The notes under the pieces: generated by a model | Seen by the model: the letters and a program-made list of their open reading frames with translations, nothing else | What the model was told of the DNA's origin: nothing | Database searches by the model: none | Made by a program: the position numbers and the translations under genes | From: a virus | IMG/VR virus record: IMGVR_UViG_3300025913_000021 | Location: 64,001 to 128,000 of that record | DNA: 64,000 nt | Strand: one strand, 5' to 3' | Shown: positions 9,582 to 19,384 of the stretch, piece by piece | Layout of the letters: each line of letters starts with the position of its first letter | How positions within the stretch are numbered: position 1 is the stretch's first letter

Positions 9582-9995
9582 ATGAGCAAACTGCCGCGCA
9601 AGCGGCCCTGCGCCTCGTGTCCGTACCGCCGCGACGTGCCGTCCGGCGTGTGGTCCGAGGGAGAGTACGTGAAGCTGCCGAGCTACGACGGCGAGATCAC
9701 AGACCAGATCGAGAACGGCGGGATGGCCACCTTCGGGTGCCACCAGGCCGACGGCCACCTGTGTGCAGGGTGGGTCGGTCACCGCGACCCATACGAGCTG
9801 ATCGCCCTGCGCCTCGCGGTCGGCAGCGGCCACGTGGACGAGGCGGTGTTCGACTACAAAACGGACGTGCCTCTGTTTTCCTCCGGCCAGGAGGCGTGCG
9901 ATCACGGCATGGCGGAGATCGACGCGCCCGGCGAGAAGGCCGACCGGATCATCCGCAAGCTGCTAGAGCACGTGCCGGGGACCTCCCTTGGCTAG
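9582..9995 (+). CDS. Cys-rich protein (DUF6283-like), paralog 1
   Basis: PCASCPYRRD...FGCHQ...LCAGW. Confidence 0.7.
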   Translation: MSKLPRKRPCASCPYRRDVPSGVWSEGEYVKLPSYDGEITDQIENGGMATFGCHQADGHLCAGWVGHRDPYELIALRLAVGSGHVDEAVFDYKTDVPLFSSGQEACDHGMAEIDAPGEKADRIIRKLLEHVPGTSLG

Positions 9996-10136
9996 GGAGC
10001 TGCTCAAGCCGACCCGGTGGATGCGGCTGCGTCACGCCGTCCATCTGTGGTGGAACAAGTCGCGCTTCAACAGCGGCTACGACCCGTTCATCAGCGACTG
10101 TCTCTGCTGCTGCTCACGATGTGAGGAGATCTACGA

Positions 10137-10568
10137 ATGACCGACCAGTGCAGCAGCGGCGCAGTGCGCTCACGCAAGCGCGGCTCACCGCTGCCCCACG
10201 CAGGCAAGCCCTGCGCGAACTGCCCCTTCCGCAAGGACTCCCCGGCCGGTGAGTTCGCCACCGAGCGCTTCGACACGCTGCGGGCCACCTCGCGTGACCC
10301 GCGCACCGGCCAGGACGCTCTGCCGGGCTCGCCGATCTTCGCCTGCCACAAGAGCCTTGACGGCCGCGAGATCGCCTGTGCCGGGTGGCTGGCGGTCGAG
10401 GGCTACGGGAACCTCGACGTACGGCTGGCGCTCGCGTACGGCGAGCTGGAGCCCGAGGCGCTGGCACCGCAGCCGGACTGGCCGGACCTGCATGAGAGCT
10501 ACAACGAGGTGGCCGTGAAGAACGGCTGCGAGGACTGGGGTGACAAGCATGCCCGCCGCAAGTCCTGA
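10137..10568 (+). CDS. Cys-rich protein (DUF6283-like), paralog 2
   Basis: PCANCPFRKD...FACHKS...ACAGWL. Confidence 0.7.
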   Translation: MTDQCSSGAVRSRKRGSPLPHAGKPCANCPFRKDSPAGEFATERFDTLRATSRDPRTGQDALPGSPIFACHKSLDGREIACAGWLAVEGYGNLDVRLALAYGELEPEALAPQPDWPDLHESYNEVAVKNGCEDWGDKHARRKS

Positions 10569-10730
10569 CCGGCTGCGGCTCTCCGACGCGGAGTGGAAGG
10601 CCCTGGTCGGAGCCGTGGCCGAGCGCGAGACCTCCCTGGAGGACCGAGACGACTACTACGTCGGCGGCAGGACCCGTGAACTCCAGGCGCTCAACCGGGC
10701 CTTCGCCAAGATCCGAACGGCCGCGAGACG

Positions 10731-10919
10731 GTGACGATCCACATCACCTGGGCAGCACTCGGGCATCTGTTCGTCAGCCTGCTGTGCCTGTTCGGTGCAT
10801 TCCTCGGTGTGCTGCTCTGGGTCTGGGAGTTCGACGAGCGGTTCCCGCTGCCCGTCCGCATCTTCGGCCTGGGCATCACGGTGGCTGCGGTGGTCGGAGC
10901 CGTGGCGATATGGCTATGA
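10731..10919 (+). CDS. small two-TM membrane protein
   Basis: Two hydrophobic segments; GTGA overlap. Confidence 0.55.
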   Translation: MTIHITWAALGHLFVSLLCLFGAFLGVLLWVWEFDERFPLPVRIFGLGITVAAVVGAVAIWL

Positions 10920-11135
10920 GGATTCAGATGGTCGTCGATATGCGACCTCGACACGTCGTCACCACCGGCCACCTGCACACCGTGATCTACGACGGTCACA
11001 ACCGGGAGCGCGCGATCGAGATCGCGAACTTCTGGGACGAGCGTCAGGACACGTGGCTGGAGACCATCGCCCCGCCGACGAACCCGCTGGCCCGCGCCAT
11101 GTGGCGCTTCGACCGCTTGCAGGAGTTGATCGCCA

Positions 11136-11471
11136 ATGCCTGACGAGAAGAAGATCGAGACCCCGGTGGACAAGAAGCCACCCCCGCCACCCGGCAAGCT
11201 GCGCGTGTCGATCATCGCGCAGTTGGAACCGATCGGGCGCTACCAGAATCCCGACGGCGACGCGCTGGCCGGGAGCAACCTGGAGCGGTACGCCGCCCAG
11301 CTCACCGAGTACCTCGGCAAGAACCTCAGCAGGTTCAGCGACCCGCGTGGTGGCGACGTGTTCTTGCAGGTGTTCGTCCAGCACGGCGACCAGAGCGAGG
11401 GCAACGAGTTCCGCAGCGGTCACTACGTCAAGGAGGAGAAGGCCGATGAGCCAGCCAAGCCAGCCGAGTGA
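11136..11471 (+). CDS. hypothetical protein
   Basis: AGGAG RBS, 111 aa. Confidence 0.6.
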   Translation: MPDEKKIETPVDKKPPPPPGKLRVSIIAQLEPIGRYQNPDGDALAGSNLERYAAQLTEYLGKNLSRFSDPRGGDVFLQVFVQHGDQSEGNEFRSGHYVKEEKADEPAKPAE

Positions 11472-11817
11472 GGGTCCGGTGACCATGCCGGACGGCAGCA
11501 CCCGGGACGTGGCCTACCGCAACTGCCCGAACTGCGGGAAGCGCGCCGAGGGCGAGCCCTACGACATCGGCTCCGGCCCGGAGCTGTCCTGCTCGTCCTG
11601 CGAGACGTGCTGGGGTGCGGAGGGTCAGAACCTCAACCCGATGGACCCGATGCTCGCGCTCGCCAAGGACCCCGAGGCGCGCAAGGCGATGGGCCTGGAC
11701 GACGACGCGATCCTCGCCTTCACGGCCTGCCGCGAGTGCGGCAAGCAGATCGCCTCGAAGTGGGATCCCGAGACGATGACGACCCAGCCGGTCCTCAACT
11801 GTGCGAGCCACCAGTGA
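11446..11817 (+). CDS. Zn-ribbon protein
   Basis: CPNC...CSSC...CREC motifs. Confidence 0.6.
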   Translation: MSQPSQPSEGPVTMPDGSTRDVAYRNCPNCGKRAEGEPYDIGSGPELSCSSCETCWGAEGQNLNPMDPMLALAKDPEARKAMGLDDDAILAFTACRECGKQIASKWDPETMTTQPVLNCASHQ

Positions 11818-12326
11818 GGCCGCGTCGTCACGAAGCGAGCGACGTGATCTGCCTGGCCGTGCCCGACGGCGTGGACCCGCAGGACGAGAACTTCGTCAAG
11901 ACGCTCGACGCACTGGCCTGGGAGAACGTACGCAAGCAGTTCTCCCAGCACGCACGGCTCACGCTCACCGAGCGGCACACCGAGTGGCTGATCACCAACG
12001 ACCCGGAGAAGGTCGAACAGTTCCAGCCCGCCCACGACTGCGAGGAGTGCCACGCGGGCAACGTCAAGGCCAAGGCGTTCCTGATCGCCAACCCCACCGC
12101 GACGGTGGCGATGGGCAACGTCCACTACGTCGAGGTGTGGCCCGAGTACGACCTGCCCGCCGACCTGGACGACAAGGAGCGGAACTGGGTCACCGAACTG
12201 CTCGACGCCGACGACCGGATCACCGTGCCCCAGGCGATCGAGCTGATCAACTTCGCCAAGCAGAAGGGCGACGAGCTGCGGCGACTCAACGAGGAGAAGG
12301 CGAAGGCGGGATGGAAGCAGATCTAG
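11814..12326 (+). CDS. hypothetical protein
   Basis: GTGA overlap; HDCEEC. Confidence 0.6.
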   Translation: MRPRRHEASDVICLAVPDGVDPQDENFVKTLDALAWENVRKQFSQHARLTLTERHTEWLITNDPEKVEQFQPAHDCEECHAGNVKAKAFLIANPTATVAMGNVHYVEVWPEYDLPADLDDKERNWVTELLDADDRITVPQAIELINFAKQKGDELRRLNEEKAKAGWKQI

Positions 12327-12649
12327 ACGACGTGATCGGCACCGTCCGCTGGTTCGGCAAGAGCTGGGGCGCGCCGGTCTGCGATCCTCGTGCGCACATT
12401 CCGACGCCCATCGGTTCCCGCTGCGAGGGGTGCGGTCATCCGGTCACCGAGGACGACAACGGCGTGACCATGCCGTACTGGGACGGAACCTCTCGACCGG
12501 GCTTCGTCGCGTTCCACCGCGAGTGCAATCTGCGGCACGTGATGGGATGCTCGGCCAGCCTGCGCGGCGAGGGTCACGACCACGAGCGGGACTACCGCGA
12601 GGACGCCCTAGCGGTCGAGCAATGGATCATGCAGAATCCGCTACGCTAA
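12311..12649 (+). CDS. Cys/His-rich hypothetical protein
   Basis: CEGC...HREC...HDH. Confidence 0.55.
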   Translation: MEADLDDVIGTVRWFGKSWGAPVCDPRAHIPTPIGSRCEGCGHPVTEDDNGVTMPYWDGTSRPGFVAFHRECNLRHVMGCSASLRGEGHDHERDYREDALAVEQWIMQNPLR

Positions 12650-12704
12650 CCGAACGTTCACCATCGTCCCTCGCGTGAGGGATCCTGGCCCCAGGAGGCC
12701 GAAC

Positions 12705-13688
12705 ATGACTCAAGTCGCACGTGGTGCATTCGGCACCGCCAAGGCGAAAGCCTTGAACTTCCAGCCGATGCCCACCATGAAGGAGTACCTCGACCAGCTC
12801 GCCGCCGAGGGTCGCAGCCCCAGCCACATTCGTCTGTGCCGGGCGGCGCTGCACCACCTCAACGAGCACCTGCGCAGCCAGGGCGTGCTCGTCCCGCAGG
12901 ACATCCGCCGCGAGCACCTGATCCTGTTCCAGGGCTGGGTGAACAACCAGGCGTGGCAGCCGAGCTACCGGGTCGAGCTGCTCAAGAAGGTCAAGCACTG
13001 GCTCAAGTGGCTGGTGCAGGTCCGCTACATCCCGGACACCCCGTGGATCGCCATTCGGACGGGCGTCACTATCAAGCAGCCGAAGCCGCTCAGCAACGAC
13101 GAGCTGGAGGAGCTGTTCGCTCGCCACCGGCAGGACGCCTTCTCCGTCACGCCGTTCACTTACCACCGCCGCGAGGTCATCCTCGTCATGCTCTACGGCT
13201 GGGGCCTGCGCATCCATGAACTGTGCGCCCTGGACGTGGCCGACCTGGCGGTCGAGAAGCAGTTCGTCCGGGCGATCAACAAGGGCGGCAGCTTCAAGAC
13301 GCTGCCCTACCTCGACGAGATCAAGAACTCGTGGCGGCGCTACGAGGGCTGGCGGGTGCGCTACGCACCGAAGGACCAGGAGGCCGCGTTCATCAATCGG
13401 GGCGGCAGTCGGATGACGACCGGGGACGTGTGGGAGATCGTGCACGACCTCGGCGAGCGCTCCGGCGTGCGCGTCAACCCGCACCGCTTCCGGGACACCT
13501 GCGCGACCACGCTGCTCGACTCGGACGTGGCTGTGGAGCGCGTGGCGGTCATCCTCGGCCACAAGAACATCAAGACCACGCTCGGCTACGGCAAGGTCAA
13601 CGACCACAAGGTCGCCGAGGCGCTGGACGGTGCGATGAGCACCCAGATCAACGGACTGATCTTCGGACGAACGAAGGACATCGCATGA
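12705..13688 (+). CDS. tyrosine recombinase/integrase (XerC/D-like)
   Basis: Catalytic R (GLRIHEL), K (NKGG), HxxR (PHRFR), LGH, Y (TTLGY); N-terminal SAM-like core-binding domain; AGGAGG RBS. Confidence 0.92.
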   Translation: MTQVARGAFGTAKAKALNFQPMPTMKEYLDQLAAEGRSPSHIRLCRAALHHLNEHLRSQGVLVPQDIRREHLILFQGWVNNQAWQPSYRVELLKKVKHWLKWLVQVRYIPDTPWIAIRTGVTIKQPKPLSNDELEELFARHRQDAFSVTPFTYHRREVILVMLYGWGLRIHELCALDVADLAVEKQFVRAINKGGSFKTLPYLDEIKNSWRRYEGWRVRYAPKDQEAAFINRGGSRMTTGDVWEIVHDLGERSGVRVNPHRFRDTCATTLLDSDVAVERVAVILGHKNIKTTLGYGKVNDHKVAEALDGAMSTQINGLIFGRTKDIA

Positions 13689-14023
13689 GCTACTGCCGCT
13701 TCGGCTGGGGACCGAACAACGAGTTCCCCGGCACACCCGAGGCCGAGGCCGCTGGTGCCTCGGACCTCTACCTGATCGGGACTTCGCGCATCTACGACCC
13801 GGAGACCGGCAAGGAGACCCACGGCATCGAGTGCTGCGGCTGCATCCTCACCCCCGTGGGCTTCCCGTTCTTCACCGAACTGCCCAAGATCCTCGCCCAT
13901 TTGGACGAGCATCGGAAAGCTGGCCACACCGTGCACCCGTGGGTGCAGCCCGACATCGAGGCCGACTTCCAGGACGGGATCTACAGTCCGCCCTGGATCG
14001 CAGGGAAGCTGGGGCGCACGTGA
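13685..14023 (+). CDS. hypothetical protein
   Basis: MSYCRFG...ECCGC...HLDEHRKAGH. Confidence 0.65.
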   Translation: MSYCRFGWGPNNEFPGTPEAEAAGASDLYLIGTSRIYDPETGKETHGIECCGCILTPVGFPFFTELPKILAHLDEHRKAGHTVHPWVQPDIEADFQDGIYSPPWIAGKLGRT

Positions 14024-14304
14024 GCCACGTCGTCTACAAGTACCCGTTCGACGAGTTCCTGTTCAGCGTCAGCGACGGTGCGATGGTGGTTCCGGAGGGT
14101 CACGTCGTGCACGTCGGAGTGCAGCACCTCAGCGACAGCCTGCCGACGGTGTGGGTGCAGCACGACAAGGACAACCACGCGCAGATGACACTGGTGGTCA
14201 TCGGCACGGGTCGCGAGTTCGAGCCCCTGGGTATCGAGCACGTCGGCTCCGTCGTCTGCGCCAACGGCCAGCTCGTGTGGCACGTCTACCGGAGGCTCAC
14301 GTGA
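14020..14304 (+). CDS. hypothetical phage protein
   Basis: VYKYP...VIGTG...LVWHVY pattern. Confidence 0.65.
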   Translation: MSHVVYKYPFDEFLFSVSDGAMVVPEGHVVHVGVQHLSDSLPTVWVQHDKDNHAQMTLVVIGTGREFEPLGIEHVGSVVCANGQLVWHVYRRLT

Positions 14305-14969
14305 CCGAGACCGACCGGCCCGGTTCGCAGTACCGCCACAAGCTGCCCAAGGACCAGAGGAACCTCAGCACGACGGAGCTGGCGCGCCGTGCTGGGGTCG
14401 GGGTCGGCGTGTCGATCATGCGCTGCGGGCCGTACTGGGACGTGGTGGCCCGGCTCGACGCCAAGGGCAAGTTGGAGTACATCGTCACCGACTGCTCCGT
14501 ACAGGGCCGCAAGCCGCTACTCGTGCATGGTCCGGTCTCACGCGACGCTGCGATCAAGTGGGCGAAGGAGACCGCGCTGCTGTTCATGTCGGTGCGTGGC
14601 GGTCACATCGACGACGACCTGATGGGGCACCGATGATCGTCGAGATCGTCGAGGCCGGGATGATCGTCGCGGCCGGTGCCTTGGGCAACGTCATGGGCTG
14701 GACGCGCGGCCGGGCCGAGCGCAACATCATCAACCTGTTCACGACCGGCCAGGCCGAGAACCTCTGGTGCCTGTGCGGCCACGCGATGTCCATGCACGCG
14801 AAAGGCACTGACTCGTGCAACGATCACGCCCTCAATGATCAAGGGAAGATGATCGTCACCTACAAGACCGGCGTGACCACGCAGTACATGCGCTGCCCGT
14901 GCATGAAGTTCGTCGGCGATCCCAGCAGGAATCCGACGCCCGTTCAAACCCGGAAGGACGTGCTCGACC

Positions 14970-15305
14970 TTGGCCAGTAGCGACATCACCGGAGACCCGA
15001 AGTTCCAGGAGTTCGCCGAGAGGGCGATCACCAAACTGGTGCCGATGGTGGACGAGTCGGCGTACTGCGTGGCGCTCGTGCCGCGCAAGCCCGAGGACTT
15101 CAACGACATCAAGTTCTGCGTCGAACTCGGCATGATGATCATGATGAACAAGCCCATCGTGTTCGTCATCGCGCCGGGCACCAAGGTCCCCGAGAAGCTG
15201 ATCAAGGTGGCCGACCGGATCATCGAGCTGGACACCAACGACGCGAAGTTCATGGCGACCCTGGAGGAGACGCTCCAGGAGCTGACCGTCGAGCTGGGGC
15301 TGTGA
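14970..15305 (+). CDS. hypothetical protein (possible Rossmann-like, nucleoside deoxyribosyltransferase-like fold)
   Basis: DIKFCVELGMMIMMNKPIVFV resembles the ExGxAxxxxKPI motif. Confidence 0.4.
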   Translation: MASSDITGDPKFQEFAERAITKLVPMVDESAYCVALVPRKPEDFNDIKFCVELGMMIMMNKPIVFVIAPGTKVPEKLIKVADRIIELDTNDAKFMATLEETLQELTVELGL

Positions 15306-15506
15306 TGGCCCGCCCGTCGGTGGACGTGCAGGCCAAGAACCTGGCCGAGTTCATGGCCGGGATCTTCGCGGGCTGGGTCGAGAGCAACTTCGTGCCGCAG
15401 TACCTGGAGGGCGAGACGAAGGTTGAACGAACGGGCATCAGTTCCTTCACCATGACCACCCGCTCCGGCACCGTGCTGCGCTTCGATGTGACGGCGGTCG
15501 AGGCTG

Positions 15507-15728
15507 GTGAGTGACGGCGGCGAGGAGCTGCTGACCGGCGTGATCGCCGGGTCGCTCTCGCAGCTCACAGGCGTCAGCTTCCCTATCAAGATCAAGGCCG
15601 TGAACGTCCTCACCGACGCGAACGGCGACTACCGACGGGTGGTCGAGGTCGAAATGGCCAGCGGGACGTACTACGTCTCAGTCACGCCATACGATCCCGA
15701 GACCCCCGTCATCGAGGAGGAACCGTGA
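15507..15728 (+). CDS. hypothetical protein; ends PVIEEEP
   Basis: ORF within the overlapping gene chain. Confidence 0.6.
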   Translation: MSDGGEELLTGVIAGSLSQLTGVSFPIKIKAVNVLTDANGDYRRVVEVEMASGTYYVSVTPYDPETPVIEEEP

Positions 15729-15956
15729 GCAACAAGAACGATCTCTACAACGCCCGACACCGGCTGCCCACCGACGGCAGCGTGCGCGGCAACGACGGCC
15801 GCGTCTGGCACCCCAAGGGCGAGGGCAAGTGGTGGTACACCGACGAGCGCTACGTCGCCGCGATCCCGACCAGCGTGCTGAGCCAGATGCACGGCCCGCT
15901 CATCAAGGTCGAGGAGCCGAAGCCCACCCGCGAGCTGCCGGTGAAGGCGATGCCAC

Positions 15957-16601
15957 GTGGTTGATCTCCCGGATGGGATGCCCGTCGGAATCGCCAAGCT
16001 GCCGCTGAACAAGGTCGGCTACCCGGTGCCGTGGTTCGTGTGGACGAACCCGGACACCAACGAGCCCGACTTCCGCGTCGTGAAGCCCGGCGCGATCCGA
16101 GCCGCGCTCACGCAGAACCTGTGCTGGATCTGCGGCGAGTCCATGATCGGCACCCAGGCGTTCGTCATCGGCCCGATGTGCGCGGTCAACCGCACCAGCG
16201 CCGAGCCGCCCTCGCACCTGCTCTGCGCGCGGTGGGCGGCTATCGCCTGCCCGTTCCTCGCCCGGCCGGAAATGGTCCGGCGTGACCACTTCGACTTCGA
16301 GCACGTGGGCATGGCGGGTGAGGCGATCCTGCGCAACCCCGGCGTGGGCCTGGTGTGGCCGACACGGCGCGGTGAGTGGTCGGTGTTCCAGGTACCCAAC
16401 GGCATCCTGTTCCAGATCGGTGAGCCCGTCAGGGCCCCGGAGTGGTACGCCCACGGTCGGGTCGCCACCCGCGAGGAGGCCGAGCACTCCATCGACACCG
16501 GCCTGCCGTCGCTGCACAAGATCGCAGACGAGGAAGGGCCGGACGCCCTGGAGGAGCTGGACCGGCTCGTCGGCGTGGCTCGGACGTTCCTGCCGGTCTG
16601 A
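15957..16601 (+). CDS. conserved Cys-rich hypothetical protein
   Basis: YPVPWFV, LCWICG, EPPSHLLCARWAAIACPFL. Confidence 0.75.
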   Translation: MVDLPDGMPVGIAKLPLNKVGYPVPWFVWTNPDTNEPDFRVVKPGAIRAALTQNLCWICGESMIGTQAFVIGPMCAVNRTSAEPPSHLLCARWAAIACPFLARPEMVRRDHFDFEHVGMAGEAILRNPGVGLVWPTRRGEWSVFQVPNGILFQIGEPVRAPEWYAHGRVATREEAEHSIDTGLPSLHKIADEEGPDALEELDRLVGVARTFLPV

Positions 16602-16882
16602 TGACCGAGCGGAAGCGGCGGCGACTCACCGACTGGGACGCGATCCTGCGCAACCTCCGCCTCGGTGACCTGCGCTACCGCTACTACACGAACACCGATC
16701 GGATCGCGCTCTATACGACCGTCCGTCTGTATGAGGGCGGGGACTACCTGGCTGCCCTGGTCGAGCGAGACGGGACGGTCCTCATGCGAGCCGAACGGCC
16801 ACTGGCCCGCGAGGTGCGCGACCTGTGCCGCATGTGGTCGAAGGGCTTCGCTGTGGCGTACGAGATCAAGGAGGAGCCGTGA
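16601..16882 (+). CDS. hypothetical protein; ends YEIKEEP
   Basis: TGATG junction. Confidence 0.6.
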   Translation: MTERKRRRLTDWDAILRNLRLGDLRYRYYTNTDRIALYTTVRLYEGGDYLAALVERDGTVLMRAERPLAREVRDLCRMWSKGFAVAYEIKEEP

Positions 16883-17128
16883 GCCTCAACAGGGCACGCA
16901 ACGGCCTGGTCACCACCTTCCTCTCCCTGGAGGAGGTGGACACGCTCGCGCGGGGACTGGCTCGTCTGGTCGTCCCCGACTCGGACGCCGAGGATGCGCA
17001 CGACGCCTCTCGGCTGATCTACATGAACGGCGCGCAGTTCACCGGCCCGAAGGAAGAACTGATGCGCATCTATTCGATGGCAACCCACCTGGCCGAATTG
17101 AGGAACGACCTTGCCCGCGAAGAACCGG

Positions 17129-17593
17129 ATGCAACTGATCCGTGAGGCCCAGACGCTCGACGAGCTGTACGCGATCGTGCCACAGCCGATCGACTGCACC
17201 GGGGAGTGCTGGGACTCCTGCGGCCCGATCGGCTACAGCGTCGAGGAGGGCGAGCGCATGGATGCGATCGGCCGACGACCACCGAACGCGCATGAGCGTC
17301 GGCACCGCCTCATGTGCTCGGCACTGACCAAGGACCACAAGTGCTCCGTCTACGAGGCACGGCCGATGATCTGTCGGCTGTGGGGCGTGAGCGAGACGAT
17401 GCCGTGCCCGCACGGCACACCGGACAAGCCGTGCTGGACGGCGTTCCCACTGACCCCCGAGGAGAGCGCTGCTCTCTTAGGTCGGGCGCAGGAGATCGGC
17501 GGCACTCCCGAGGGAGTGCGTCAGCGCTACATGATCAAGCACGACGACCTGACCGAAATCATCCGACGCAAGCCCAGCTCTTGGGATCTCTAG
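17129..17593 (+). CDS. YkgJ-like Zn/Fe-S cluster protein, paralog 1
   Basis: CTGECWDSCGP...CSALT...CSVYEARPMICRLWG...CPHG. Confidence 0.8.
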   Translation: MQLIREAQTLDELYAIVPQPIDCTGECWDSCGPIGYSVEEGERMDAIGRRPPNAHERRHRLMCSALTKDHKCSVYEARPMICRLWGVSETMPCPHGTPDKPCWTAFPLTPEESAALLGRAQEIGGTPEGVRQRYMIKHDDLTEIIRRKPSSWDL

Positions 17594-17601
17594 GGGGAAC
17601 C

Positions 17602-18516
17602 ATGACCACCACACCGACTGACACCGACGCCACCACCGAAACGAACGAGTGGCAGTTTCCGATCGAGGCCGTGCTGGAGTACCACAAGGCCCGCATCGCA
17701 GGCAACGAGGACCACGTGCCCGCGATGGTCGAGGCGTGGGTCGAGGGCGAGGGCCCGGTCTGGAGCGCGATGGTCGCCGACGTGGGCGAGTCCAGCCCGC
17801 GTGACTGCGCCCTGTTCGCCGCGTCGATCATGTCCAGGATCACCGGGGCCGACTACATCCTGTTCTGCGTGGACACCCACATGAGCCACTCTCAGGTGAA
17901 TCCGACGACGGGCAAGCCGTGGGCACCGGGCGAAATGCAGCGCATGTGCGACGAGGAGGGGTACTGCGACACCGGCAACATCCGCGACAACCTCATGGTC
18001 GCGATCGTGCGGCGCTCCGACGCGAAGATCTACATGACCGGCATCCCGTACCACTTCCACAAGGGCGAGGTCATGTACTTCGACCCGCAGCCGCCGATGG
18101 ACGAGTGGAACGACGAGGGCGGCGTGAAGCAGATGGGCGGCACCATCCCCGACACCCTGCGCCAGGTCATACAGCAGCCGCCGCTCAGCGAGCAGCTCAC
18201 GCAGATGGGTGCGTACGAGGCGATCGGCTTCGACGGTCCGTCGAACATCACCCGCCTGCACCAGATTCTGGCGGGCATCCGTGTCATGGGGAAGGTCGCC
18301 GTGGACACCGGGTGCGAGGGTCCGATGTTCCTGCACATGATCCCGACGAGCACCGACGAGGAGCGTCAGATCATGGACGACTTCTCCAAGCGCGACGACA
18401 TCACCAACCTGGCCGAGTACGGCGCGGAGGAGCCTGAGCCCTCGCTCGCGGAACAGATGGGCGCTGCTCCCACCACGATCGAGGAGGAGCCCGGTGACGA
18501 ACCAGCCCAGCCATGA
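17602..18516 (+). CDS. hypothetical protein
   Basis: GGGGG RBS, 304 aa; TTIEEEP lies near the C-terminus. Confidence 0.7.
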   Translation: MTTTPTDTDATTETNEWQFPIEAVLEYHKARIAGNEDHVPAMVEAWVEGEGPVWSAMVADVGESSPRDCALFAASIMSRITGADYILFCVDTHMSHSQVNPTTGKPWAPGEMQRMCDEEGYCDTGNIRDNLMVAIVRRSDAKIYMTGIPYHFHKGEVMYFDPQPPMDEWNDEGGVKQMGGTIPDTLRQVIQQPPLSEQLTQMGAYEAIGFDGPSNITRLHQILAGIRVMGKVAVDTGCEGPMFLHMIPTSTDEERQIMDDFSKRDDITNLAEYGAEEPEPSLAEQMGAAPTTIEEEPGDEPAQP

Positions 18517-18910
18517 CGAGTTCAAGCTCACCTACGCTCCGATCCTGACCTGGGAGAGCCAGGTCTCGCAGTACCCGGAGCGGGGTGAGCCGAACACGAT
18601 CGAGCTGTTCCTGGGTGACGAGAGCGAGAACTTCCCCGGCAAACCGCCGATCAACTGCCTGCTCTGGCGGGACGGCGACGGCCTGATCCGAGGCATCCTC
18701 AACCACTACCCGGACGACTACCCGCCGTACGAGCAGCGCGGCAACATCAACGTGTTCGTGCAGCCCGGGTGGAAGCGGCGCGGGATCGGCACCGCCTTGT
18801 GGGACAAGGCGATCGAGCTGTTCGGCGAGCCGAACTACCACCAGCAGACCTACAGCCCCGAGGGCATCCAGGCCGTGCTGCGCTACCGGAGGAAGCATGG
18901 ACTCGACTAG
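18494..18910 (+). CDS. GNAT-family acetyltransferase
   Basis: Motif A VFVQPGWKRRGIGTALW. Confidence 0.8.
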   Translation: MTNQPSHDEFKLTYAPILTWESQVSQYPERGEPNTIELFLGDESENFPGKPPINCLLWRDGDGLIRGILNHYPDDYPPYEQRGNINVFVQPGWKRRGIGTALWDKAIELFGEPNYHQQTYSPEGIQAVLRYRRKHGLD

Positions 18911-19382
18911 CCTGTCCGGGCTCAACGGCCAGTGCGCGATTTGCCACCGGGTGCTCGACTGGGAGACCGACCTGGACGGCAGCAACGGTCACTGGGTGCA
19001 CACGTTCCAGGACCGACTGGTCGAGGACCACGAGCCGGTGTGGGCACCGGAGGGCACGGACACCGAGTTCCGCTGCGACTTCTGCAACCTCAATGGCCCG
19101 ACGTTCTTTCTGCCGTGCAGCGATTTCCAGTACCCATCCCAGATGGGCGTGAGCGTCGGCGAGTGGCTGGCCTGCGGCGAGTGCGCTCCGCTGATCTCCC
19201 AGGACCAGTGGCTCGCAGTGGGCGAGCGGGCGATCACCGTCAGCCCGACCATCGCCTACCAGATCCGCGAGAACCTGATGAGCCGACACCAGGCACGCGA
19301 ACTGATCAACAAGATCTACCGACTCGTGCGAGAGCACGCCACCGGGCCGTTGCAGCCCTGGACACCAGGGCGGGAGGGATAG
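18897..19382 (+). CDS. Cys-rich hypothetical protein
   Basis: CAIC, CDFC, WLACGEC. Confidence 0.7.
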   Translation: MDSTSLSGLNGQCAICHRVLDWETDLDGSNGHWVHTFQDRLVEDHEPVWAPEGTDTEFRCDFCNLNGPTFFLPCSDFQYPSQMGVSVGEWLACGECAPLISQDQWLAVGERAITVSPTIAYQIRENLMSRHQARELINKIYRLVREHATGPLQPWTPGREG

Positions 19383-19384
19383 CC

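Noticed and set aside
18472-18496. IEEEPG resembles viral 2A StopGo peptides (D-V/I-E-x-N-P-G-P)
   Set aside because: Lacks the invariant D, N and final P, and StopGo is not known to work on bacterial ribosomes
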